Assembly: GCA_963827015.1 (NCBI GenBank)
Contig: CAWGZI010000008.1
Span: forward strand, 5,384 to 69,383
Length of the DNA stretch: 64,000 nt
Reading direction: 5' to 3'
Source of the DNA: an uncultured Gaiellaceae bacterium
GTDB lineage: Bacteria; Actinomycetota; Thermoleophilia; Gaiellales; Gaiellaceae
Part shown: in pieces, positions 9,797 through 20,873 of the stretch
Layout: every line of letters begins with the position of its first letter
Numbering within the stretch: position 1 is the stretch's first letter
Translations under genes and position numbers: made by a program
The notes under the pieces: generated by a model
Told to the model about the DNA's origin: nothing
Databases searched by the model: none
Seen by the model: only the letters and a program-made list of their open reading frames with translations

Positions 9797-10767
9797 TGGA
9801 GCTCGCCGAGGTTCAGGAGCACGCACGGCGCATCCTGGACGAGGTCGAGCGCGCCGTCGTCGGCAAGCGCGACGCACTCGAGCTCGTCCTGCTCGGCCTG
9901 CTCTCCGACGGACACGTGCTGCTCGAGGACTATCCCGGCCTGGCGAAGACCCTGGCCGCACGCTCCTTCGCGCAGGTGACCCAGACCGGCTTCAACCGGA
10001 TCCAGTTCACGCCCGACCTGATGCCGTCCGACGTGACCGGCTCCTCGATCTGGAATCAGCGCGAGGGCGACTTCGAGTTCCGCCCCGGCCCGATCTTCAC
10101 CAACCTCCTCCTCGCCGACGAGATCAACCGCGCCCCGCCGAAGACCCAGGCGGCCCTGCTCGAGGCGATGCAGGAGCGGCAGGTGACGATCGAGGGAGTC
10201 ACGCACCAGCTGGCGCGTCCGTTCCTCGTGCTCGCGACGCAGAACCCGGTCGAGTACGAAGGCACGTACCCGCTGCCCGAGGCACAGCTCGACCGCTTCC
10301 TGCTCCGCATCTCGTTCGGCTATCCCAGCCGCAGCGACGAGTGGGAGGTGCTCTCGCGGCGCCTCGAGCGGCGCGAGGACGAGGTCGAGCTGAGCCCCGT
10401 CGTCGACGGCCCGACGCTGCTCGCGCTCCAGGCCGCGATCGAGAACGTGCACGTCGGCGACGCCGTCGGCGGCTACATCGTCGACCTCGTCGCCGCCACC
10501 CGCACGAGCGTCTCCACCACCGTCGGCGCCAGCCCTCGCGGCAGCCTCGCGGTGCTCAAGCTGGCGCGCGGAAAGGCCGCGCTCGCCGGCCGCGACTTCG
10601 TCACGCCGGACGACGTGAAGGCCGTCGCAGTGCCGGCGCTCGCCCACCGGCTGATGCTGAGGCCCGAGCTGTGGGTGCAGCAGCTGGCGGCCGAGGACAT
10701 CGTCCGCGACGTGCTCGAGACCGTGCCCACACCGGCGGCCGAGGCCGCCGCGCCGGCAGCCGAGTGA
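9796..10767 (+). CDS. MoxR-family AAA+ ATPase
   Basis: Internal ATG (residue 203 of ORF 9190..10767): MELAEVQEHARRI...LLEDYPGLAKT (Walker A-like)...LLADEINRAPPKTQAALLEAMQE...ATQNP. Confidence 0.92.
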   Translation: MELAEVQEHARRILDEVERAVVGKRDALELVLLGLLSDGHVLLEDYPGLAKTLAARSFAQVTQTGFNRIQFTPDLMPSDVTGSSIWNQREGDFEFRPGPIFTNLLLADEINRAPPKTQAALLEAMQERQVTIEGVTHQLARPFLVLATQNPVEYEGTYPLPEAQLDRFLLRISFGYPSRSDEWEVLSRRLERREDEVELSPVVDGPTLLALQAAIENVHVGDAVGGYIVDLVAATRTSVSTTVGASPRGSLAVLKLARGKAALAGRDFVTPDDVKAVAVPALAHRLMLRPELWVQQLAAEDIVRDVLETVPTPAAEAAAPAAE

Positions 10768-12038
10768 GGCCCTCGCCGTCACCGCGGGTGACGGCCTACG
10801 CGGTCATCACCGCGATCTTCCTCGTCGCCGCGCTCGCGCTGCGGCGACCGGAGCTGGCCGTGCTGGCGCTGCCCTTCGCGCTCCCGCTGGCGCTCGGCCT
10901 CGGGCTGACGCAGCCGCCCGACGTCCGCGTCCACGTCGACGTCGAGCGCCCGGCGGCTCTGGAGCAGGACGAGCTCGACGTCGAGCTGACCGTCTCCTCG
11001 GAGCGGCCGGTCGAGCGGCTCGAGCTCGTGCTCGTCGTCCCGGACGGGCTCGAGGTGGCCTCCGGTGCCAGCGCACAGTCCCTGCGCCTCGGCTGGGAGG
11101 ACGAGCGGACTCTGAACCTCCGCCTGCGCTGCCTCCGCTGGGGCAACTACCGGGTCGGCGACGTCCGCCTCCGCGCGCGCGACCGGCTCGGGCTGACGGT
11201 CTGGGAGTCGAGGGTCGACCGGGGAAATCGCCTGCGCGTGTATCCGCTGCCCGAGACCCTGCGCCGGATCGTGCCGCCGGTCTCGACGCAGCTCTACACC
11301 GGCAACGAGGTCGCCCGCCAGAAGGGCGACGGGATGGAGTTCGCAGACCTGCGCCTGTTCGCACCCGGTGACCGCGTGCGCTCGATCAACTGGCGGGCGA
11401 GCGCTCGCCGCGACGAGCTCGTGGTCAACGAGCGTCATCCGGAGCGCAACGCCGACGTGATCCTCTTCCTCGACACGTTCGCAGACGCCCGCTCGGGCGG
11501 CCGCTCGACCCTCGACCTCGCGGTGCGCGCGACCGCGACGCTGGCGGCGCGCTACCTCGAGCGGCGCGACCGGGTCGGGCTCGTCTCGTTCGGCGGCGTC
11601 CTCCGCTGGCTGACGCCCGGCATGGGGACGACGCAGCAATATCGGATCGTCGACGCGCTGCTCGAGTCGGAGGTCGTCTTCAACTACGCCTGGAAGGACG
11701 TGTCCGTGATCCCTTCGCGGGTGCTGCCGCCGCAGGCGCTCGTCGTCGCCGTGACGCCGCTCCTCGACGACCGCGCGGTGGAGGCGCTGGCCGACCTGCG
11801 TGCACGCCGGTACGACCTCGCGATCATCGAGGTCTCGCCGGTCGAGTTCGCCAAGCCGGGGCCGAGCGAGTCCGACCGGCTGGCCCACAGGCTCTGGGTG
11901 CTCCGGCGCGAGGAGATCCGGGCGCGCTACGAACGGCTCGGAATCGCGGTCGCATCCTGGAGCGACGACAGGCCGCTCGACGGCGTGCTGGAGGGGGTGA
12001 GGGCATTCAGGCGCCACGCGCAGATCGCGCGCGTCTAG
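10764..12038 (+). CDS. DUF58 (vWA-like) protein, MoxR partner
   Basis: GTG at 10764 (GTGA overlap with the moxR stop), 424 aa. Two N-terminal TM helices, then GDGMEFADLRLFAPGDRVRSINWRASAR...VILFLD, typical of DUF58. Confidence 0.88.
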   Translation: MRPSPSPRVTAYAVITAIFLVAALALRRPELAVLALPFALPLALGLGLTQPPDVRVHVDVERPAALEQDELDVELTVSSERPVERLELVLVVPDGLEVASGASAQSLRLGWEDERTLNLRLRCLRWGNYRVGDVRLRARDRLGLTVWESRVDRGNRLRVYPLPETLRRIVPPVSTQLYTGNEVARQKGDGMEFADLRLFAPGDRVRSINWRASARRDELVVNERHPERNADVILFLDTFADARSGGRSTLDLAVRATATLAARYLERRDRVGLVSFGGVLRWLTPGMGTTQQYRIVDALLESEVVFNYAWKDVSVIPSRVLPPQALVVAVTPLLDDRAVEALADLRARRYDLAIIEVSPVEFAKPGPSESDRLAHRLWVLRREEIRARYERLGIAVASWSDDRPLDGVLEGVRAFRRHAQIARV

Positions 12039-12055
12039 CCGCCGGCGTCGCCTCC

Positions 12056-12547
12056 GTGCTGGTCGCCGCAGGGACGGGAGCCTGGCTCGCGGCGATCGCC
12101 GAGGACGGCTACCTCGTCAGGGCGACGGTGCTGGCCGCCGCCGTCGCGGCGCTGCTGCTGACCCTGGCTCTCGTGCTCCGGCGGCCGATCGCGATTCCCG
12201 CGGCGATCATCGTCCTGACGGCGCCGTACGTCGCCGGCCTGGGCTTCGAGATCGACGGCCTCGACACGCGGGCGCCGCTGATCGCGGCTCTCCTGCTCGC
12301 CGTCGCCGAGCTCGCCTACTGGTCGCTCGAGCTGCGCGGCACGCTCTCCGACGAGCCGGGAACCTATCTGCGCCGGGTCGCGCTGCTGGCCGGCCTCACG
12401 GTCGGCACGATCGCCGCCGGAACGGTCGTGCTCGCACTCGTCGAGCAGGCGGGCGACGGCGGCACGGCGGCCGACATCGCGGGAGCGGTCGCAGCCGTCG
12501 GCGCGATCGCCCTGATCGCGGTCGCCGCGGCGCGGCGGACGAGCTAG
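12056..12547 (+). CDS. Hypothetical polytopic membrane protein
   Basis: 163 aa, 4-5 Ala/Leu-rich helices. Last gene of the plus-strand module; its stop abuts the corrected ftsH stop. Confidence 0.55.
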   Translation: MLVAAGTGAWLAAIAEDGYLVRATVLAAAVAALLLTLALVLRRPIAIPAAIIVLTAPYVAGLGFEIDGLDTRAPLIAALLLAVAELAYWSLELRGTLSDEPGTYLRRVALLAGLTVGTIAAGTVVLALVEQAGDGGTAADIAGAVAAVGAIALIAVAAARRTS

Positions 12548-14507
<1,960 letters not shown>

Positions 14508-14576
14508 GGGAGGGTAGCAGCCTGATTGCCCGCGCCCATCCCCCTGACAGGTTGGCTACCGGGCCGTAATCCCCTG

Positions 14577-15128
14577 TTAATGGGGCGGAATCAGATCCGG
14601 GTGGAGCACCGCGACATAGGGCAGGTTGCGGTAGCGCTCGGCGAAGTCGAGGCCGTAGCCGATCACGAACTTGTTCGGGATCTCGAAGCCGACGAACTTG
14701 ACCGGGACGTCGATTTCACGGCGCTCCGGCTTCGTCAGCAGGGCGCAGATCTCGAGCGAGGCCGGCTTGCGCGCCTTCAGGCTGCGCATCAGGTAGGAGA
14801 GGGTCAACCCGGAGTCGATGATGTCCTCGACGACGAGCACGTCGCGGCCGGCGATGTTCGTGTCGAGGTCCTTGAGGATGCGCACGACGCCCGACGAGTC
14901 GGTCGCCGCGCCGTAGCTCGAGATCGCCATGAAGTCGATCTCGCACGGGATCGACAGCTCCCGCATCAGGTCGGCCATGAAGAAGACGGCGCCCTTGAGC
15001 ACCCCGACGAGGAGCAGGTCGCGGCCCTCGTACTCCTGCGAGATCTCGGCGCCGAGCTCGGCGATCCGCGCCTGCAGCGGCTCCTCCTCGATCAGCACCT
15101 CGCCGACGGCGTCCTTCACCGCTTCCAT
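14577..15128 (-). CDS. hpt: Hypoxanthine phosphoribosyltransferase
   Basis: Internal ATG (residue 75 of ORF 14577..15350), 183 aa. PRPP-binding motif VLVVEDIIDSGLT. Confidence 0.92.
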   Translation of the reverse strand: MEAVKDAVGEVLIEEEPLQARIAELGAEISQEYEGRDLLLVGVLKGAVFFMADLMRELSIPCEIDFMAISSYGAATDSSGVVRILKDLDTNIAGRDVLVVEDIIDSGLTLSYLMRSLKARKPASLEICALLTKPERREIDVPVKFVGFEIPNKFVIGYGLDFAERYRNLPYVAVLHPDLIPPH

Positions 15129-16075
15129 GTCACCGCTCCTTCCCAGCCCGGCGCCTCCGCGACACCAGGCACCGCCACGACCTCGTCGCCGCTGACCACC
15201 AGGGGCCAGCGGTCGCGCTCGGCCCTCGGCACCTTCGCATCCACGAGCAGATCCTGCACTTTCTTCCGGCGGCCTGCGAGACGATCCCCCGGCCTGCGAC
15301 GTCGCACCTCGAGCCCGGCGCGCTCGGACTCGATCGTCCACGGCCCCCACTCGACCGAGCCCTCGAGGCGGACAGTGCCGTACTCCCGCACGGCACGGAC
15401 GCCGGCGCCGAGATCGGCCGACTTGGTCCCGTCGCGGCCCGCGAGCAGCTCGGCGAGGGTCCGCTCGAGCGTGCGCGGGAGGCGCGGCCGCTCGTCCGCG
15501 AGCGAGAGCAGGGACGCGCGGGCGCGCGGGTCGAGCTGCTCGAGCAGCGGCAGGATCTCGTTCCGGATCAGGCCGCGCTTCGTGTCGGGGTTGCTGGTGT
15601 CGTCCCGGTACGCCAGCTCACGCTCGTCGCAGTAGGCACGGGTCTCCTCGCGCCAGACGCCGAGCAGCGGCCGCACGACGCCGTCCTCGCGCCGGGCCTT
15701 GATCCGCTGGGGCGAGCCGGACGCGACGAGCCCGAGGACGACGGACTCGATCTGGTCGGAGGCGGTGTGACCGGTCGCGCGCAGGCCCTCCACCGGCACG
15801 GCGTAGCGCGCCTCGCGAAGCGACGCCTCGGACGTGCCGGAGGAAGGGGCGACGACCTCGGCGCCGAGCACCTCGCGGCAGAAGCGGGCGTCCTCGTCCG
15901 ACTCGTCGCCGCGCAGCCCGTGGGCGACGTGGAGCGCCGAGACGCGATAGCGGAGCTCGCCGAGCACGTGCCAGAGGCAGGTCGAGTCGGCTCCGCCCGA
16001 GACGAGCACGGTCACGTCGCCTCCCGGCTCGATCAGCTCGCGCTCGCGGATGAACGACTCGACGCGCTGCAGCAT
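15116..16075 (-). CDS. tilS: tRNA(Ile)-lysidine synthase
   Basis: Internal ATG (residue 103 of ORF 15116..16381), 319 aa. PP-loop VLVSGGADS. Overlaps the hpt start by 13 nt. Confidence 0.9.
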   Translation of the reverse strand: MLQRVESFIRERELIEPGGDVTVLVSGGADSTCLWHVLGELRYRVSALHVAHGLRGDESDEDARFCREVLGAEVVAPSSGTSEASLREARYAVPVEGLRATGHTASDQIESVVLGLVASGSPQRIKARREDGVVRPLLGVWREETRAYCDERELAYRDDTSNPDTKRGLIRNEILPLLEQLDPRARASLLSLADERPRLPRTLERTLAELLAGRDGTKSADLGAGVRAVREYGTVRLEGSVEWGPWTIESERAGLEVRRRRPGDRLAGRRKKVQDLLVDAKVPRAERDRWPLVVSGDEVVAVPGVAEAPGWEGAVTWKR

Positions 16076-16089
16076 CGCTCCAGTGTGCC

Positions 16090-16680
16090 CTAGAAGGCGG
16101 GCGCCGCAGCCCATCCGTCGAGCACGTCGATGGCTCGCGCCACCTCGGCCGCCTCGAGCCTGAGCAGTTGTGCGTACTCGAGCATGTCCATCCGGCTGCG
16201 CGGTGCCCTCCCCGCGGCAGCATCTCGGAGATACGCGAGCGGCAGCGAGTGAGCCACGAGGAGGATCGAGTCCTCCGACCGGTCGGCCAGGACGCGCAGG
16301 CCGCGGGCGTATCGGGCCGCGATCTCGCCGCGATGCTCGCCGCCCTCCGGCGCCTCGAGCGGGCCACGCGCCCACGCCCATTCGCGGTACGCCACGATCG
16401 AGCCGCCTTCGAACTCGCCGTAGCGGGGGTCGTTCAACTCGGGTACGGCGAGAATCGGCACGTTGCGGCCGGCGAGAGCGATCTCGGCCGTCTCGCGGAC
16501 GCGCTCGAACTCGGTCACGACGCAGAGGTCGATCCGCTCGTCGGCGAGCGCCGTTCCGAGTGCCCGTGCCTGCTCGCGTCCGAGCTCCGTCAAGGGACAG
16601 GCGACGCCGGGATCGCCGTTGACGAGCGCCTTGGCGCTCAGCTCGGACTCTCCGTGGCGCGCAGCGAGAAGCCGTCTCAC
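16090..16680 (-). CDS. Histidine phosphatase (phosphoglycerate mutase) family protein
   Basis: GTG at 16680 (GTGA overlap with the upstream GNAT stop), 196 aa. Catalytic RHGES motif (LLAARHGESE) and a distal H (LLVAHS). Confidence 0.8.
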   Translation of the reverse strand: MRRLLAARHGESELSAKALVNGDPGVACPLTELGREQARALGTALADERIDLCVVTEFERVRETAEIALAGRNVPILAVPELNDPRYGEFEGGSIVAYREWAWARGPLEAPEGGEHRGEIAARYARGLRVLADRSEDSILLVAHSLPLAYLRDAAAGRAPRSRMDMLEYAQLLRLEAAEVARAIDVLDGWAAAPAF

Positions 16681-17456
16681 AGGAGCACGCTCCGGTAGTC
16701 GAGGACGTGGCTCATCCCGACCGTGTCGTAGAGACGGATCGCGGGCGCGTTGTCGGCGCGGACGAAGAGACAGACGGTCGGCACCTGCTCGAGCAGCAGC
16801 CGGATCAGGTCGCGCAGCCCGCGGCCGGCGTTGCCGGCGCGGCGTGCCTCGGGATCGGTCCAGACCTGCTGCAGCTGCACGGCGTGCGGCGTCCACGCCG
16901 ATGCCTCGGCCTTGAAGAGGATGACGCCGTCGTCCTCCCAGAGCCACGAGCGGCCTTCCTCGATCTGCGCGCGCGTCCGCCAGCGAAAGCCGTCCGCGTC
17001 GCGCCGAAGCGGGTCGATCCCGAGCTCGCCCTCGTGCGCGAGCGCGCAGGCGGGGACGAGGAGCTCGAGATCCGAGAGCATCGCCGGCCGCAGACCCGTC
17101 TCGCCCGGCTCGGGCGCGTCCGAGATGGCGTACACCGGCTGACCCGGGCGGTCCTCCCGCGCCGCCGGCAGATGCCGTCGGGCGGCCTCCCACAGCGCGG
17201 ACACGGCCCCCTGCTCTCCGATCAGCATCCGCGCACGTGCACGGACGGCAACACCGGCGAAGGCGCCGCAGCCGACACCCGACGGGACCACGTTGGCGCC
17301 GGAGTGGCAGAGCGCCACGAGACGGCCGTTCTCCTCGACCCCACTGAAGCGGCCGAGCCCCCTCCGGGCCACGTCCTCGAGGAAGACGCGCTCGACCGGG
17401 TCCTCCTCGCAGTACTCGAGGATGCGCTCCAGCGGCGGCTCGACGATGTGCGCCAT
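16677..17456 (-). CDS. GNAT-family N-acetyltransferase with an N-terminal DUF4081-like domain
   Basis: 259 aa. C-terminal acetyl-CoA-binding segment QQVWTDPEARRAGNAGRGL...VRADNAPAIRLY. Confidence 0.7.
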   Translation of the reverse strand: MAHIVEPPLERILEYCEEDPVERVFLEDVARRGLGRFSGVEENGRLVALCHSGANVVPSGVGCGAFAGVAVRARARMLIGEQGAVSALWEAARRHLPAAREDRPGQPVYAISDAPEPGETGLRPAMLSDLELLVPACALAHEGELGIDPLRRDADGFRWRTRAQIEEGRSWLWEDDGVILFKAEASAWTPHAVQLQQVWTDPEARRAGNAGRGLRDLIRLLLEQVPTVCLFVRADNAPAIRLYDTVGMSHVLDYRSVLL

Positions 17457-17487
17457 CCCCTCGATCTTGGCGTATAGGGTCTCGCCG

Positions 17488-18201
17488 ATGCCGATCCACG
17501 TCAGAGCCGAGCCCGGCGACTACGCCGAGGCGTGCCTCCTCCCCGGCGACCCGCTGCGGGCCAAGTACATCGCCGAGACGTACCTCGAGGACGTGGAGCA
17601 GAAGAACTCGGAACGCGGCCTGCTGGGCTACACGGGCACGTTCGAGGGCAAGCGCGTCTCCGTCCAGGGCACGGGGATGGGCTGCCCGGGCGCGACGATC
17701 GTCTTCGAGGAGCTGATCCAGCTCGGCGTCAAGAAGCTGATCCGCGTCGGCACCTGCGGCGGCCTCCAGGCCCACCACGAGCTGGGCGACATGATCGTCG
17801 CGATCAGCGCCGTCGCGGCGGACTCGACCGCGACGCATCTCGTCCAGAACGAACCGCACTGTCCGACGGCGAGCTGGGACCTGATCCACGGCGCCGTCCA
17901 CGTCGCCAAGGAGATCGGCCAGGAGATGCACGTCGGGCCGATCGTCTCGAGCGACCTCTTCTACAACCCCGACGAGGGCCAGTACGAGCGCTGGTCGAAG
18001 CGTGGGATCCTCGCGGTCGAGATGGAGGCCGCGGCGCTCTTCACGGTCGGCGCACTCCGCGGCGTGCAGGCGGGCTGCCTGCTGATCGTCAGCGACATCA
18101 TCGTCGAGGGCGAGTTCAAGCGGGTGACGGACGACGAGATGAAAGCGGCCGTCGACCGGATGACGCGCGTGGCGCTCGCCACGGCGACCTCCGGCCATTA
18201 G
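17488..18201 (+). CDS. deoD: Purine nucleoside phosphorylase, DeoD type
   Basis: Internal ATG (residue 66 of ORF 17293..18201), 237 aa. GTGMGCPGATIVFEEL...RVGTCGG...VEMEAAAL. Confidence 0.88.
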   Translation: MPIHVRAEPGDYAEACLLPGDPLRAKYIAETYLEDVEQKNSERGLLGYTGTFEGKRVSVQGTGMGCPGATIVFEELIQLGVKKLIRVGTCGGLQAHHELGDMIVAISAVAADSTATHLVQNEPHCPTASWDLIHGAVHVAKEIGQEMHVGPIVSSDLFYNPDEGQYERWSKRGILAVEMEAAALFTVGALRGVQAGCLLIVSDIIVEGEFKRVTDDEMKAAVDRMTRVALATATSGH

Positions 18202-19106
18202 CGACACCGTCTTCCTCGTCAACCCGGCCTCGGCGAACGGGTCGACGGGACGACGCTGGGCAGAGATGGCGCACCGGGCCGCGACGAGGGGGCTCGAGGG
18301 CGACACGTTCTTCTCCGAGCGCGCCGGCCAGCTGGGGGAGCTCGCGCGCGAGGCGGCGGACGGGGGCGCGAAGCTGCTCGTCGTCGTCGGGGGCGACGGC
18401 TCGGTCAACGAGGTCGCGAACGGGATCGCCGGGCGGGAGGACGTCGAGGTCGCCGTGATCCCGCGCGGCACCGGCTGGGACTTCGCCCGCACGTACAAGA
18501 TCCCGCACAAGCTCGACGGCGCGATCGAGGTGGCACTCACCGGAACGAGCCGGACGATCGACCTCGGCCGCGCCGAGCTACCGGGCCTGGGACGGCAGCG
18601 ACGCCGAGTCGCACTTCGCGAACGTCGCGAGCGCAGGGATGAGCGGTGCAATCGCCCAGCGCGCGAACGAGACGACGAAAGCGCTCGGCGGGAAGATCTC
18701 CTATCTCTGGGCGACGTTCGCGGTCTTCGCGAAGTGGCAGAACTCGGAGCTGCGTGTGACCGTCGACGGCGAGACCCGCATCGGCCACATGCACGACGTC
18801 GTCGTCGCGAACGGGAAGACGTTCGGCGGCGGGATGATCATCTGCCCCGACGCGGAGCCGGACGACGGCCTCTTCGACGTGCTCACGATCGGCGACCTGA
18901 CCAAGGGCGATCTGCTCGTGACGCTGCCGAAGACCTACCGCGGCGCGCACCTCCCCCATCCCAAGGCCGAGCTGCTGCGCGGCGCGGTCGTCACGATCGA
19001 CGCCGACGCCCCGCTGCCGGTGGAGCTCGACGGCGAGCAGCCTGGCACGACGCCGGTGCGGTTCGAGATCGTCCCGGGCGCGCTGAGGCTGCGCGTGCCC
19101 GCCTAG
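18197..19106 (+). CDS. Diacylglycerol-kinase-family lipid kinase (apparent +1 frameshift near 18587; no canonical start, possible ATT at 18197)
   Basis: ORF 18266..19345 carries GGDGSVNEV. ORF 18639..19106 carries the C-terminal half. Removing one C at GGCCTGG joins ...ELPG|WDGSDAESHFANVASAGMSG. The conserved N-terminal strand DTVFLVNPASANG lies upstream of the first ATG/GTG/TTG. Confidence 0.75.
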
Positions 19107-19394
19107 GCGGGCGGCTTCTTCGGCGTCGCCGGCTTCCGGGCCGCCGGCTTCCGCGCCGCGGGCTTCGACTGCGCCGCGAGCTGCTGCTCGAGCTTCGTCA
19201 CCCTGGCCTCGAGGGCGTCGAGGCCGCGGAGCTTCTTCTGCATCTCGTCGAGGCGCGTCTTCGAGTCGTTCATCATGTCGACGACCCGTCGCGCCGCCGG
19301 GGACCTCGGACAGCTTGTTCAGCGCCTCGTGACCGAGCTCCGTGACGCGATGGAGGATGTCGTTCTGCTTGGCCGTGCTGCGTGTTCTCGCCAT
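19103..19394 (-). CDS. Small coiled-coil protein with a Lys/Pro/Ala-rich basic tail (apparent +1 frameshift near 19284)
   Basis: ATG at 19394: MARTRSTAKQNDILHRVTELGHEALNKLSEVPGGAT. Dropping one G of ACGGGTC continues VVDMMNDSKTRLDEMQKKLRGLDALEARVTKLEQQLAAQSKPAARKPAARKPATPKKPPA. Its stop shares CTAG with the convergent kinase stop. Confidence 0.5.
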
Positions 19395-19412
19395 GGCGCG
19401 GATCGTACCCCG

Positions 19413-20214
19413 CTACGCCCGCACCGTAACCGGGGTGCCTGCGCGCGTCCGGTCGAAGAGCGTCCGGAGCACGTCGTTGCGGACGCGGACGCAGCCCGTC
19501 GAGACGGCCTGCCCGATCAGGTCGGGGCGGTTCGTGCCGTGGATCGCGATCGGGCCGCCCTGCGTCCAGCCGGTCAGCACCTCCGAGAAGGCCGAGATTC
19601 CGACCGCGCCGGGGCCGAACGGGCCGGAGGGATCCGCGGCGCGCAAGCCGCTGGTTGACGTAGTAGCGGCCGGTCGGAGTCGGCGTTCCCGGCTTCCCGA
19701 TCGCCGCCGGGGTCGAGAGCACGCGGCGGCCCCGGTCGAAGAGCGTCACCCGGCGCTCGGAGAGGTCGACGACGATGCGCGTCGTCACCTCGGCCAGCTC
19801 CACCTCACCGGCGCGCACCCAACCGACGACCCCGTTCGGCTTCAGCGGCAGCTGGACGCGATACCACTCCGGCTCGCAGTCCGAGCCCAGCCGAGCCGCC
19901 CGCACCGAGAAGACGGTGGGCACGCCGTTGACGTTCTCGGCGCCGAAGCTCGCGAGGCGCCGGCCGCCGGGCTCGCGGTAGGCGACGGCCCGCTCGCGGA
20001 CGACGGCCGCGAAGCTCGTCCGCTCCGACCCGACGGGACGAGTTCCGCGCGCCGGGCACGAAGTGACTGACATTTCGGAGCGTGCGACGTCTTCAGTGGC
20101 AGAGACCGCAGTGTCCGACGAGCCACCGCCGCAACCGACGACAGCCGACGCGAGGAGTATCACCAGCGCTGCACGAACGAGTCCGTATTCACCATGTCGT
20201 TGCAACGCTTTCAC
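19413..20214 (-). CDS. L,D-transpeptidase (YkuD) lipoprotein (apparent +1 frameshift near 19645)
   Basis: GTG at 20214 with lipobox LLASAVVGC. ORF 19273..20412 reads to ...TGRYYVNQRL. ORF 19413..19646 continues RAADPSGPFG...IHGTNRPDLIGQAVSTGCVRV (catalytic His/Cys). Confidence 0.8.
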
Positions 20215-20263
20215 CCTTTCGGTTCTTGTTCCCCAGCGGCCAACCCCTAACGTGAAAGGCGAC

Positions 20264-20434
20264 ATGACAGGCAGCAAGATCAGCAAGCGAGCCGGCCAGC
20301 TGCACGAGCACAAGGCCGTGATCGCACATGCGCTCCGCCAGCACGCCGGGATCCCGTACGAGGTCGAGCAGAAGGTCTGCACCGACTGCCGCACGGTTCT
20401 CGACGAGCGCACGGTGCGCCGCGCGGCCGCGTAG
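20264..20434 (+). CDS. Hypothetical 56-aa protein
   Basis: ATG at 20264 (residue 68 of ORF 20063..20434) preceded by GAAAGG. MTGSKISKRAGQLHEHKAVIAHALRQHAGIPYEVEQKVCTDCRTVLDERTVRRAAA; one CxxC; G/C-rich third positions. Confidence 0.4.
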   Translation: MTGSKISKRAGQLHEHKAVIAHALRQHAGIPYEVEQKVCTDCRTVLDERTVRRAAA

Positions 20435-20462
20435 ATCCGGGCCGGCTGCGAAAGTCCTCCGG

Positions 20463-20873
20463 ATGGAGGGGTTCAGGTTCTCGACCGAGATCGTCGTCCG
20501 GTTCGCCGAGACGGATGCCCAGGGGATCGCGCATCACGCCGCGTTCGTCGTCTGGCTCGAGGTGGCGCGGATCGCCTACCTCGCCGAGCACGCCGGCGGC
20601 TACAGGGCGATCCAGGAGCAGGGGATCGAGGCGCTGACGACCGAGGTGAACGTCCGCTATCTCCGGGCGGCGCACTTCGACGACCGTCTGCGGGTCTGGG
20701 CACGCTGCGTCGACCTCCGCGGGGCGCGGTTCCGCTACGAGTATGCGATCGAGCGGGACGGCGAGCTCGTCGCCGAGGGATCGACGTCGCATGCGACGGT
20801 CGACGCGGCGACGCACCGGCCGATCAGGCTGCCGGCCGCGTTCCTCGAGGCGGTCGCTAGGGCTGAGTCGTAG
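20463..20873 (+). CDS. Acyl-CoA thioesterase, 4HBT/YbgC-like hotdog fold
   Basis: Internal ATG (residue 46 of ORF 20328..20873), 136 aa. VRFAETDAQGIAHHAAF, typical of the YbgC/FcoT-type family. Confidence 0.8.
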   Translation: MEGFRFSTEIVVRFAETDAQGIAHHAAFVVWLEVARIAYLAEHAGGYRAIQEQGIEALTTEVNVRYLRAAHFDDRLRVWARCVDLRGARFRYEYAIERDGELVAEGSTSHATVDAATHRPIRLPAAFLEAVARAES

